Below, piece after piece: positions 44,563 to 58,419 of a DNA stretch of 64,000 bases (positions are counted from its first letter, which is position 1; every line of letters begins with the position of its first letter). Source of the stretch: the human T2T-CHM13v2.0 reference genome, Homo sapiens. Below the pieces are notes generated by a model. That model did not search any database. It was not told where the DNA came from and saw nothing but the letters and a program-made list of their open reading frames with translations. The stretch lies in NCBI RefSeq assembly GCF_009914755.1, contig NC_060936.1. One strand, 5' to 3'. Both the position numbers and the translations under genes were made by a program.

Positions 44563-44849
44563 TAGAGCAAAATCGTTGAAAAACTGAGAAGGGATGGAAT
44601 TCGGTGCCTGGATGTAAAGATTGGCTTGGGGGAATATAAATAGTTCATCTAAAGTATGGAACAGGAAAATAGAGATGCTGCTGAGTAGAAAGATTTAAAA
44701 AATCAACTTGGTTCCTTCTAGACCAAAGCAAGACAGTTTTTACATAGTCTCAAAATTATTCAAATCACTCTCATTTTTAAGTTGTAGCCATTTGCTTATT
44801 CCTTTGACTTTCTTAGGAAAAATCCCTATTCTGGGTTGTGGAAACATGT

Positions 44850-45320
44850 TTATGGTAGGCATTGCTAGTAGATTATGTAAAATATATTTTCCCTTTTTTC
44901 TTACCAAGAAAATCTCAGTTTTGTTTGGTCGATCTTTTGCACTCTCTGGAAAAGTTAAAACCCTTTTGAAGTGAGTGATGGCATTGCCCCACAGTCCTGG
45001 CCAATGAAATACAGCCTGAATTTATCTGGGAAAAAATTTATATTTTCTAATATATGCTTTCTACAGTTTTTCTTCATTCTTATAATGAATATGCACTAGA
45101 TGTTGTTACTGAAGCAAGAATTCTACAGCCATGAGTTGGTAAGTATGAGAATGAAGGCATACATATGAAGAAAAGTGGACTACAAAGATGGAAAGAGCCG
45201 AGGTCCCTAATAGTATTATTGAAGCACCATTCCAGCTGTGGAATGTCTAACTCTATGCCTTTTTATTGCCAGCCTTTTTATTGCCACTGTAGGAGGGTTT
45301 TCAAAATTTCTAGCCAGTTT
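44850..45320 (+). mobile_element. MLT1J-like LTR
   Basis: cacagtcctggccaatgaaata; aaagatggaaagagccgaggtccctaat. Confidence 0.7.
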
Positions 45321-46101
45321 CTTTTAAAATTTTCCTAAGTACTTTGGGCATTCAGAGTTGTTAATTCTGTGAAATCTGTGTGACATGGATATACTTTTCC
45401 TGAGGCTCTCTCTTTGATCTCTTAGATCGATCCTGAGAATCGGTTCAGAAAAAGGGCAAGACTTGTGCCAGGAACAAGCAGAACAAAACTTAGTTTTAGG
45501 TATTTCTAATATCTCTCTTCTCAAAAGGGAAGCCTGCCTATAGGAAGTCAGGTTCTTTTTTCCATAAAGAAAGGAGAGTACATTTTCCTAGAGTCAAATA
45601 TAATTTCATTGTTGCCTCTTCTCTCTGAATTTGAATGCCTGCAAACTGCCATGTGCATGCGTGCATGCACAAACACACACACGCACACACAGATATAAGA
45701 AGACAAAATCAAACTTACATTTTACTGAATTTCAGTAAGAGTCTACGTAACCAATTTTTCCATATTAATGGAATCAAATACAATAAGAAAAGGACTGGAT
45801 GTAATAAAAGATAAACTAAAGAAGATTAGCATTAAAATAAAAACAGAAAGCCATTATTCAGAATATTCATTAAATTTAATCTCATTATGTTTGGGTTAAA
45901 TATGTCTGTAACAGAAAATGGGAGAGCAAGCAATGTTTAGAAATTTCCTCTTCCCTCTTATATATGATAACATATGTACTACATAATATATATTAATATA
46001 ATGTAGTATAATATATAAGTATAATATAAGGGGACCAATAATATAAAATATTATAGGTAAATGCTTCATTTATAGAAATAAACCCTTTTTTCATATATAT
46101 A

Positions 46102-46128
46102 GTGTGTGTGTGTGTGTGTGTGTGTGTG
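46102..46128. repeat. (TG)n microsatellite
   Basis: About 13 GT units. Confidence 0.95.
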
Positions 46129-46131
46129 TTG

Positions 46132-46638
46132 TTGTATGACAGTTCTCTAACGGTCATTCACATTTCTAAACATCTCGTGATAGCTTTTGGGTTAGGTTCT
46201 GTACTATATTTTTAAAGATGTTTGTACAGCAAACAACTGAGGATGATAGAGACAGTTTATTTCTCTGACGCAAGGGCAGATTTGTGCACATCCAGAACAA
46301 TAAATGTAGTGTCTTACTCTGGGGCAATGGCTGGATGGATTTACTCGCAGCCCCATTATAAGATGGGGAGTTTCTTAAGCCCAGGGTGCCTAATATGTGA
46401 TGCGGACCTCTACACGTTCAATATCCTAGGCTGGTCTACATTATTCCTTTAAGACTTAGATGATAAAAGAAACCAATGAAAACATGAAGCATGTGCTGCC
46501 TGCTGTGCCATGAATAGTAAGGTATTTTGTATCTCACCCAGGAGTCTTATGTCTTCTGCCAATATTCTTGAAAACATGGCATCCTAACATGTGAGCTTGC
46601 AAGTAGTAAAATATCCAAATCCTTCAGACTTCTTGGCA
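46132..46638 (+). mobile_element. LTR40-like ERVL solo LTR
   Basis: 3' end acccaggagtcttatgtcttctgcca...agcttgcaagtag...ccttcagacttcttggca. Confidence 0.7.
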
Positions 46639-48746
46639 TATTGACAGTATTATTTGACATCTTCACCTTAGTACCCACATGGACCTAACAAAATACTCCC
46701 CACCTTTGCCTCTTAAAACTTTCTGAACACTGTAGTAAAGAAATTTATAATACTAACACTTACCTTCTCCATGAAACCTCAACTGGTACTATGTTCTGAA
46801 TTAATCACTTGTATTCTTTCTTCATTTAGAACTTTGCAAATAACATGTCATTTAACTAATTCCATTCTTCCTAATGTTAACTCTGTATTGATGTCTTTCT
46901 ATTTGACTGTGGATATACTGTGAGGAAGTGTGACATTTTGTTAATCTTGCATTTCCCAAAGTACTTTGCTCAAAGCTTTACCTAGACATAGTATAACACA
47001 TTTGTTAAATTATTGGATAATTATATTACTAAAAAGGCATTCTTGACTATTGAATTCAATAAACAATATATTTATGTAGCACTTTAGTTTCAAACAGCTC
47101 TCATATTCTATTGAATGTAATTAATTTTATTCTTACATTCCTGTGCAATAGGAATATTATAATCTAAGGAAAAAAGGGGCTGCACGCACCCAACTCTTCT
47201 AATTCCTGACTTCATGTATTTTTTTGGTCAGTACTTTGAAAGCTACCTAGTTTGCTTTATTTTGAATTGTGTAATTGTCATAAATAGTAAATAAAGTTGG
47301 AATTATATTTTTAAATTATTTTTTCCTATCTCACTTTGCCTCTAGAATTTCTTCCAGGAAAATTCAAAGCCATTATTCAATTTAAGAAATGTTACAAGAA
47401 GAAAATGACTAAAAAGGTCTAGGACTGTGCATTATAAGCCTTCTAAGAAGAGAGAGACAGTTCTCTTTATATGCAAAGGTAAAAGAAAATGTCAAAATTA
47501 TGTTAATAAGGAGTAATATTAACACAACATTATAGCAGATTAAAAGTCAGGAATGAGAATTTTATGGGAAAATGTGTCATGTTGTAAATGATGTACATTT
47601 TCTGCTTTAATTGTTATTATTCTTTTAATCTACCTTGATAATGGTCTTAATAATCACTACATGATTCCTAAAGGAGAATAGACATGAGTACAATTATCAA
47701 GAAATAATAGGATTTAGAACATAATATGCTGGCTCTTGTGTTTTTAATTAACATATTTCATTTTTCACTGAGATATTCCAGTGAGTATTAAGTTGTTTGA
47801 TGAAAAGAGAATCCCCCCTCTATTTATGATTGTGTTATGTATATGTTTATATGCGTGCATGTTTGTGAAGTGGGAGGCAGAAGGATAGCAGTAGAGAGTT
47901 TGTGCATGCAGCAATGTTTACCAACACTGTTGAACCACTGATTATTCTGAATCACAATCAGATGATAACATAAGACACAGTATTGATTCAGGTACTATAT
48001 ACGGCAAAGCCAAATTAAGGGTAAAATAAAAGCCTATGAAAATGAGTATTCATATATTACCTCTGGATTAGAAAATATCCAAGGTAATTTAGAAAATAAA
48101 TTTCTTTACAACAGAAATAATAAAAGAACTGAGTAGTAAGTAGCATCTTATGATCAAAAATTAAACAGAAGTTTAGAATGGAACTTTATGAGTTAGAAAT
48201 TCTTAATATTTTTCATGAAAAACTTACCTATTTTACATAAATTATGGAGATATGATAGAATGTTTGCATGCAGCTTCTGGAAAGACATTTTTTCTAAAAT
48301 ACAGACAGTGTATATTTAATGTCACCAAAAAACATGCTGATAGTGAAATTTTTTTAAATTACCTTTTCCCTTTATTTTATTACATTTCAAAGAAAAAGAC
48401 ATAACAAACTTTGAGTAAGTAGCCTTAAAAGTAAATCGTATTTTTATTTCAAAGATATCCCACATTGATTAAAGCTGTTCTGGTGAATCTCTTCTTTTGA
48501 ATTCATAGAAGTACATAAAAATCATGTGTGTCACTTAAAGCACTGGTTTTCTTTCATTCCCTCCAAATATGAGAGAATTTGTTACACTGGTTACCCAACA
48601 TAGTTACTTATATAATTCTGTATGAGTTTTTATATTTCTCCCAAATCAGACACATTGTCCCAAACAACATTTTTCATATAATCAATGAAACCCTTCAAAA
48701 TGATATGCAGAAAATTCTAGTATCTCCATTTGCTCAAACTCTTGTT

Positions 48747-48830
48747 CCATCTATCCATCTGTTTATCTATCCATCTATCTACCATCTATCTATCTATCTA
48801 TCTATCTCTATCATCTATCTAATGTATCTT
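48747..48830. repeat. (TCTA)n microsatellite
   Basis: Imperfect tatc/catc tetramer run. Confidence 0.9.
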
Positions 48831-49597
48831 CTACCGACTTTATGCTCATATGGTGATATGATTAGCACATATCTCTTCATCTGGCATGACTTAAAATAGG
48901 CCCCTTGTTTTCTGTTGTCATAGGTCTGTCAAGGTCACAGGGGATACCAGTTGAAAACAGGTGTTCTCCTCCACATATGTTGTGAAGACTCACTCCTTGC
49001 AGCAACAGCTCCTCAGGAAACCTTTTCTCACCAGGGATGCTCATTTGTACTTACCCTTTGCCACTTAAGGTCTCAGCAAAAGGCAAAAACTAGCTTTAAT
49101 CTGGTTTGAAGCTAAAACTCCTCAATTCACACCCATTCTTTCAGCTGCTGCTGCCAAAATATGCACAGTGAGCTGGGGTTGTGAGGTCAGAAGGGCCTCC
49201 AGAAGTCCTCTGCTTTGTTAAAACAAACCTCTCCCACCAAGCCATCAAGGTCCTGGCAAATGTGTCCAGCCCCTTTTTGCCACCATCTTTAGGAAAAAGA
49301 ACACTGAAAGAGGTATGCTTTTTCAACATCCAAAAAAAAAGTTCCTATAATATCTTTCTTTCCAGGGCAATAAGTGTCTACTTGGATTATATTTACATAA
49401 CTAGGAAGGGTCATTAAAGTGATTCTTCCTAGAATAAAAAATGTCTCCCAGGTGATTGAATCCACATCTAAATTTAAAAGCAGGTGGCAATTTTGAAACT
49501 GAGTCTCTCTTGGCAGATAGTGGTTTGTTTTTCTTTGAAAGCACATCTTGAGGCATTTCCACTAAGACATTAAGTTCTTTTTTAAAAAAATTTAATA

Positions 49598-49654
49598 TTA
49601 TTTTCTTCTAAAAAATGGGATACATGTACATGTGCAGAATGGGATACATGTGCA
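49598..49654 (-). mobile_element. Tiny L1PA8-like 3' terminal remnant
   Basis: ttttcttctaaaaaatgggatacatg...tgcagaa matches the L1PA8-type 3' terminus as I recall it. Confidence 0.6.
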
Positions 49655-50554
49655 CTATCTATACATAAGTATAGATAGTGAAATTTTAAAAATATATACA
49701 CCTGTTTTTATAATGACACTTTTAGTGAAATAGAAAGGTGAATTTAACAGTAAAATGACATTATTTTTATAATTAATATTTTTGAAGTAAAATTAATTTG
49801 ACAGTTGTTCTCTGGAAAAAACAGCCCAGTGTGTAAACAATCCCTTATAAGTATACATATTTTTATGACAGAAGACTGTCATTTATTTGTGAATTTGGAT
49901 CATGTGAATAAATAAGATAGATTTATTTTGTGAATGTAGATCAGAGGATTGGCACTCAAATGCCAACGTAGCCCAAGCTGGTGATACAGGTAACCTGGAG
50001 TGGCTCTGAATTATCCAGGCCCTTTCTGAAGATGAAGCCACCACTGAGCTCCAACTGGACTGTAATTCAAATATGCAAAAACACATTATTCACTCTTAAC
50101 TCCATTCATTCCTTATACTCTATATTCAACTCATCAGAAAATCCTTTTTTTTCCCTTCTACTTTAAGAATGTATCTGAAATCATTACAATAGCTTCCTAA
50201 TAGATATCTCTGTGTCTGCCTTTCCAGTTACCAAAAACTAAACAAAAGACAGGAATTCCTTTATAAGTCAGGTTATATTCTTCTTTAGTCAAAACTCCCT
50301 GGTAACACTCAAAGTAAAAGGCAAAACTTTTACAATGGCCCATAAAGTCTCACATGTTCTGATCCCCTTTTACCTCTCTGATCTCATGTACCTTGCTCAC
50401 ACCACTTTAGTCACAGTGACCTATTTCCTATTGCTGGAACATAACAGAAGCACTCATTTAGCAAAATCTTTGACTTTCTTATTCCCGGTGCTTAGGAAGA
50501 TCTTTTTCCTTCCTCTTATACAAGGCTATCTCCACATAATCTGGTAAAAAATCA

Positions 50555-51231
50555 ACTGGCACAACACCAACTGGTTTTATGGTAATACAATTCTGATGCT
50601 AACCTCCCAGAGTTGGCATCAGAATCCACAAGTTAGGGGCACTCCATAAGACTGCCTTTACTTCAGATGCCTGCCACACTTCAGGGATCACCAAGCAACC
50701 TGTACTTCTGAACAACTGGCTATAAATTTAGGGGTTCTCATGACTTCCTCAGGTTCAATAATTTACTAAAATGACTCACAGAACTCAGAATAGCATTGTA
50801 CGTAGGATGAGGCCTGGGAGCGTCCTAAATGCAGAACTTCTATGGCTTCTTTCTGCGCAGGCCAGGTGCATCATTGCTGCACACACCAATGTGTTTGCAA
50901 GAGAGAACTCCGAGAAACTTTAGTGTTCAGCATTTTTGGGGGGGCTTTATTATGTAGGAATGCTTGATAAAACCATTGACCACATGATTGACCTTAATGG
51001 CTAGCCTCCCTCCTTTCTGTGGAGGTTGGGCTGGACCAAAGTCTCAGTCTTCTAATTACACAGCTGCTGTTTCTGGTGACCAGTTCCCATCCTGAAGCTA
51101 ACTAATGGCCCACCATGAGCAATCTCATGAGTGTAACAGAGACACTTCCATTACTCATGAAACTCCAGGGATTTTAGAAGCTCTATGCCAGAAACCTAGG
51201 ACAGAGACAAGAATATGTTTTATTATACCAC
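50555..51231 (-). mobile_element. MER21-family LTR
   Basis: caattctgatgctaacc...cttctgaacaactggctataaatttaggggttc...actcacagaactcag; ends tttattataccaca. Confidence 0.85.
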
Positions 51232-51294
51232 ATCTCAAAGCCTCCAAGTTTTATTTCAAATATCACATTTGCAGGGAGCCTTTCCCTGACCGAC

Positions 51295-52145
51295 TGTCAT
51301 AAACAATCTGACTCAAGTTTTAAAATAGTTGACTACTGAGTACCTTTAAAACTTTTACTTCCATTTTTCTTTGGTCCACATCTGGACAGGCTGACAAGAA
51401 AGCCCATGTATGCCTCCTCCTCTAGCATCTGTGAGAAATTTAAACTTTGCAAATCTTCAACTTGCACATGGGAACTTTTCTTCATTCCCACCCTTTACCA
51501 ACTAGAAACACCTATACCTCTCCATCTAAGGGAGGAGACCACCCCTCATATTGTCTTATGCCCAATTTCTGCCTCCAAAGAAAGAAGAAGTAAAAACTAA
51601 AAGGCAGAAATGAAATCCACAAGCAGACAGCCTGGCGCCACACCCTGGGCCTGGTAGTTAAAGGTCAATCACTGACCTAATCAGTTATGTTATCTATAGA
51701 TTACAGACATTGTATAGAAAAGCACTGTGAGAATCCCTGTCCTGTTCTGTTCCCTTCTAATTACCGGTGCATGCAGGCCCCAGTCATGTACCCACTGCTT
51801 GCTCAATCGATCATGACCCTCTCACATGGACCCCCTTAGGGTTGTAAGCCCTTAAGAGGGGCAGGAATTGCTCACTCGAGGAGCTCGGTGAGTCTTGCTG
51901 ATGCTCCCGGCCAAATAAAGCCCTTCCTTCTTTAACTCGGTGTCTGAGGGGTTTTGTCTGCAGCTGGTCCTGCTACACATCTACCTCCATTAAGCTAGCC
52001 AAGCCATCTTATGCCCACTCTTCTCTCCCTCTGGAGTCCCTTGTGTGAGTAATAAGCTTTCTCTCAAATTTATTTGGTGTGTGGAGTGTCAATAGTCACA
52101 ATACCTCAACCACATTTTGGGTGAGGACCCATCTTTCCTCTCTCC
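51295..52145 (+). mobile_element. MER73/MER74-like ERVL LTR split by LTR2
   Basis: ccacatctggacaggctgacaagaaagccc before the insertion; tgtgagtaataagc...aaccacattttgggtg after it. Confidence 0.6.
51527..51977 (+). mobile_element. HERV-E LTR2-family solo LTR (LTR2/LTR2B)
   Basis: taagggaggagaccacccctcatattgtcttatgccc...gtcctgctaca; perfect 4-bp TSD catc; AATAAA at 51914. Confidence 0.88.
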
Positions 52146-52338
52146 CTCTCAATTTCAACCTCATAATACCATCTTAACTGAAATCACTTGTTTTTCCCAC
52201 ATCTCTTCACAATAATTTCAATTTGTGTTTCCTAGTTTAATTTTTGCCATACCCTTTATCAACATCTGACATATTATAGATATTATTTCCTTTGTTTACT
52301 GTGCATTATCTTCTCTACAAGCTCCCCGATGGCAGAAA

Positions 52339-52628
52339 TTTATGTTTTGTTTTGTTTTAGATCTCTGTCACGCAGGCTGGAGTGTAGTGGCATGATCTCA
52401 CTGCAGCCACCACCTCCCAGGTTCAAGAAATTCGTGTGCCTCAACCTCCCAAGTAACTGTGTTAAGTAACTGTGTGCCACCATGCACGGCTAATTTTTAT
52501 ATGTTTAATAGAGATGGGGTTTCACCATGTTGCCCACACTGATCTCAAACTCATGACCTCAAGTGATCTGCCCACCTCGGCCTCCTAAGAAGTGCTGGGA
52601 TTACACACATGAGCCACCATGCCCAGCC
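52339..52628 (-). mobile_element. AluJb/S-like with small internal rearrangements
   Basis: ctgcagccaccacctcccagg...gacctcaagtgatctgccc...gagccaccatgcccagcc. Confidence 0.9.
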
Positions 52629-52764
52629 TATTTATTTCATTACTATAATGTTAATATCTAAAACGGGAGTAGTTATTCAAAAAACATTTGTTTGAATACA
52701 GTATTTTAACTTTTATACTGACATTTGTCAACTGATACAGTATCATTTTATTTTGAATTAAATT

Positions 52765-53535
<771 letters not shown>

Positions 53536-55454
53536 TTAATTTACTTATTTTCTCAATGAGGAAATCAAAAAATTCTTCTCTCTGCATTATCTAAAAAATA
53601 TAAAACAAAAAAGAGTCAACACATTCTGAGGCCTTACTATGCACCAGTCCACAAATCCTCATTAAAAATTTCTACCTGTGTACTCTATCACTCATATGTT
53701 TTTCTTATACTTCTTGAAGATGAAATTCTTATATTTCTTGTCTCTGTAGCATATGATTTTCCATTATTATATCTCTCTTCTTCCTCCAGTTACCAAAATA
53801 TGCCCCCTCTTTTTCCCTACAAATTATTACATAATTTGGATTATGTGGGATTAATGCTGTCTTATCCTATTATCTCAACTTAGAAAAGGTCTTCATGCTT
53901 TAAAAAAAAATCTTTACATTTTTTCAATAATAACTGTTAATTTTTTTAAAGTTTTTCTTTTTACCCTTCCCTTATATGATTAGATCTTATGGGATACTAA
54001 GGCGATTTCTGCTTCTTTTGCAAATCTCCACAGCTGTTAGATTAGTGCCTTATAGGCGATAATATAAATAATGTCAGTAATTCCTGGAGGCCAGAGATTT
54101 AAGCTTGACAACCTGTTTATACTATACCCCAAGAAAACACTAATTTCAATTATTGTTGCTGTGTGATGTCATTGAGGAGTTAAAGAAGACCCCAAATAGA
54201 AGACTAGATATCAAGGAATAAAAGTTTGGAGAATAAGTAAAAGCATACAATTAAATTTGACTATAACTGGTAAGAAACTATTTACAATGGTGGTGATACT
54301 GTTTGGTAACTAATGGGACAGTTATATTTAGTTTAAAAAATGGCAGTTTTATTAAGATGTAAGAAAAAGAACTACAAAAACAATTAAACATTTGTGCCAT
54401 GATTCAAGAAATAACAGATAACTTGTCTGTCACAGTTTTGAATAAAATAAAATAAAATTGTAGAATGAAAGGATCTAATTAGGCTGAAAAATACCCCCAG
54501 AGTAAACAATGTTATATATTAAAAAACTGTTAGCTAAGCAATATGTTAAATGTCAGTGAATTGTAATCAAAGTAAGTTTGAAATGAATAAGTGTAAGAAC
54601 TTGGTAAAATGTCATATAGCGAAGGATTCAATTATGTCTTGGTATGGCTGTAGTCTCTTAGAAATACAAAGGATAGGTAAGAAAGTATAGGTAGACATAT
54701 GTTAAAGTAAAATATTCAATGTTATATTTTACTTCTCCCTTCTAACTCCTGTGTTTTTTTTCTGAACAACTTAATTTCTGAAATTACATTTTGGCTATCT
54801 TGAGATTTCTTGCTGGATTTTGCTTAACTTGATCACTTAAAGACAGTAGTAAAAGCAAAGAAATATGAAGTAGTAACAGACATAAAAAGTCTCTTGATCT
54901 ATATTTTAGAAAATATCATATTCTCTCTATGAAGTTGCCAGATAGTCTCAAAAACCTTTTGTATACTGAATTAAATATTCCCTCTGTATGCTTTCAGTGT
55001 TTGAGGCCAACATGAAGGGAAAGAAAGTATAATTCCTAATGATTTTCCAAGTGACTACTTAGAAATATTTTAGCTGTGCCCAACTACATGTGGTTTGCCC
55101 AACTACTCCTTTAAGATAAATGGTGCACAGATGAGCCTTTTGTGTGCTCCTCAAACTCTGCTCTCCCTTGATCTTCAGAATATACCTCCTTTTAAACACT
55201 CACAGATTATATAGCTAAAGCACCTACAACTTATGTGAAATAAATGCTTGATTGATTCATTCATTTTTCCTTGGGAGCAAATGGAAATAATGAAATAAGA
55301 ATTTACATAAGACTACTTCTAGGAAGTATGATAGAAAGCTTGTACCATAAAACATGGGTTTTTAAAAAATAAAATATAAGTTAGTTTGTAGTCACAGGTG
55401 GATGAGATTAGAGTTATATAAGTTACATATTTATAGTGCTGTAATTTTGAAGAA

Positions 55455-55665
55455 AAGGACATTTATTAAGTGCATATTAACAACTAGGCACTGTGGCTTT
55501 TATATATGAATCCATTTAATATTCTCAATGTTCTTATAAAATAAGCATTAATCTTCACATAGAATAAAAGTAATATTTTTTCAAGTCTTAAAGCAAATAA
55601 ATGATAGGGCAAGTATTTGAATCAAGAATTATTTGAATCCAAAGCCAATGATTATTTCTATTTGC
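55455..55665 (-). mobile_element. MIR
   Basis: acatttattaagtgc...ctaggcactgtg...catttaatattctcaa...tttgaatccaaagcc. Confidence 0.65.
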
Positions 55666-57539
55666 TTTGTGATTCATTTAAAATACGTATTAAATCTATA
55701 GAGAGATAATAAAATATGTTAAAGGCACAGAGAAATTGGAATGATTAATTCTGCTTGATATTAATGAATAAATGTTAGGCATGGGGGTGTTAATTTTTTC
55801 ATCTAGGTCTTAAACCAGTTGGTCTTAGAACAACATTCCATGCAGAATAGAGCACATTAAAAGACAGAGGAATGGTTTCTTTGGGGAATTGTAAAACATG
55901 CTACACAGTTGTTTGACAAAGTGTGTCAGAAGGTATAGGTAAACACAAAAAGACTGGGGCATATAACAAAAGCTAGAACCTTTGAGTTTATATTACAGAC
56001 AAGTGAAAATTAATAGGCATTTTTCAGCAGAAGATTAACATAATCATATACATCAGTTGAATGACTAAATAAATGAGTTTGTATGTCAAGGGACAAATAT
56101 TTTAGTCTTGAGATTTTTCCCTTAAATGGCCTTTATGTTATTCTAGAATTTCTCATGCAGTTACTTACAAACAAAAAGCATTTCTTTTTAAATGGCTCAT
56201 TAACATGACAAATACAGCGGTTTATTTTTATTGCAGACTATATCTCTCTGTCTTCCTGAGAGTTTTATTAAATGTTAAAGTTTTCTGTGATAGAGAGGTG
56301 TTTGAGGCAACAGCTGTTTGACACTTTTTGAATTCCATCTTTATCTTTCTATTCATTAGATATTCATTTGGAGTTAAAAAAATTAAAGCCCATCTGTATC
56401 TTTCTCCCCCACTGCCCAATACCAATTTTACATATCCTGATGTGCCTAACTTTGCATTTGCAGAGGCATGTGCCTGTTATCTGAGAAGTGTCATCTTGTT
56501 TACAGAATGGGTGACAGATCCTTTCCACTTTGCTTAGTGGTTCTCACCTAAATTACTCTTGAGAAAATGCTCTTTGAAGATGCAACCAGATGGTTTCCCT
56601 CACATACTTGAGAAGCAGATTGGCAGTTTTGGTTCTGTTTCATCAATTGTTGAGTGGCTATTTCCTATCTTCCCCATGGGTTAGGGTGCCAGGTAGATTT
56701 ATGTCCAAAAACATACAGAGAAAATAAATTCTCAGTAAGCTCTTTCTCAGCAAGTCATTAGACAGAAGTCTGGAAGACTGTACTGAGCAACTCCTCAGTG
56801 CTGCAGAAATGTTCATCTCACTGGGGTTATTTGCTGCAATTGAAATGAGGTCAGGAAATCCCTTGATTTCATCATGCCACACCAATTACTCTTGATTTTT
56901 TTTTCTCTAATGCTGGGTGGGATTATGTAATTAGCATTACCAGAAAAGGCATCATTTGAGGGGTCATTTTTATAGTGTTGTATCTAGAGTAATTATGAAT
57001 ACACTGAGCTAGAAATGAAACTCTTTCCCCTGACCTTTACTACCTAAGTCATAACACCTCCTTTTTACTTCATGTCTTCCTCTTCCACCCCCATCCCAGA
57101 ACTCACAGGTATCAGAGCTTCAGAGTGTACTACAACTTCCTGCATGGTCAAATATAGAGCCATTCTCAGGGCCTCATGTTTTTAACTTTCATCTGCTATT
57201 GAGTGGTAGAGTACCTAATGCTGATCATTTTGCTCCTCATCAAATTATTAGCAAAGCTTAAATAATCTCTTAATAACAGTGATTGATTAGGAAATTACTT
57301 TTTTATTCCATTGGATTTTTGAGTCACAGGAAGAAAACGAATACAGAATTCTTCTAATTCAAATTTAGATTTTCCCTTACTGAATATTTTAGAAATTGAT
57401 CTCACTTTAATTTGTTATTCCGAATCAGGAATGTTATTTACATTCTCCCAAATCTTGGCAATTTTACATTTGAGTTTACAAATTGCTCAATTAGAGCAGA
57501 AATAATCAATCCAGCTGCTTATCAGGATGTAAAAAGGTC

Positions 57540-58170
57540 TGTGTGATTGGCATCATGCTCAGGACCATCATCCCACCCCAGCCATGTCCATGCATCTATT
57601 GCTGGATAATGTAAATATGTGACATTACATAGAAACAGAAACTTTGCAGATGTAATTAAGATTATAGATCTTAAGAAGGATCTACACAGGATTATCAGAT
57701 GGACATATTCCATTCCATTCAGTAGAGAAATTTCTTAAGCTGGAGTTAGAGATACATGGCAGGAACAGAAGTCAGAATTAAAATGTGGGAAGAAATTGTC
57801 CTGTTATTTATGGCTTTGAAGATGGAAAGGGCAACATGACAAGGGATATGGATGGCTTTGAGGAGATGAGAGAGGCTCCTACCTAATGGTCACCAAGGAA
57901 ACAGAGTCCTCACTTTTACAACTGCTTAGAAATAAATTCTGCCAACAACTTCAATACATCAGGAAGTAGATTGTCTCCAGAGCCTCCAGAATGCAACAAA
58001 GTTCTGCAGATACCTTGATTTTGGCCTTGTGAGATTTTGGGTGGAAGACCCAGGTGAGTCATGCCATATCAGAACTTCTGACCTATAAAAATGAGCAACA
58101 AAAGTGGGTACTATACCATAAAATTTTATATTTTTGATATATGTTACAACAGTGATAGAAAATTAATACA
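57540..58170 (+). mobile_element. MLT1E-like solo LTR
   Basis: actttgcagatgtaattaag; ggctttgaagatggaa; aattctgccaacaac; ends gaaaattaataca. Confidence 0.85.
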
Positions 58171-58419
58171 GGCGTGACATCAGCAACATGGCAGAATAGT
58201 AATCTCCTAACTCTCCCTCCACATACAGACACACCAAATAAGCATGTATTCATGGATTAATTCTTTTTGAAAGTCAGAGAAAGTCAGATGAGAGACTCCT
58301 AACCATGAGGCAACTAAGAAGACATCCACACCAAATGAGAAGGAAAAGCTAAGGCACACAAGCATCAGCCCCTACCCTGGGCACTGTGCCATAAAATCAA
58401 AAGAGGAATCTCCAATACT

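Larger units (their letters stand above)
50090..52700 (+). mobile_element. L2a host fragments split by nested LTRs and an Alu
   Basis: attacaatagcttcctaat; aaaacttttacaatggcccataa; ttcaaatatcacatttgcagggagcctttccctgacc; 3' end aaaacatttgtttgaat. Confidence 0.75.
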
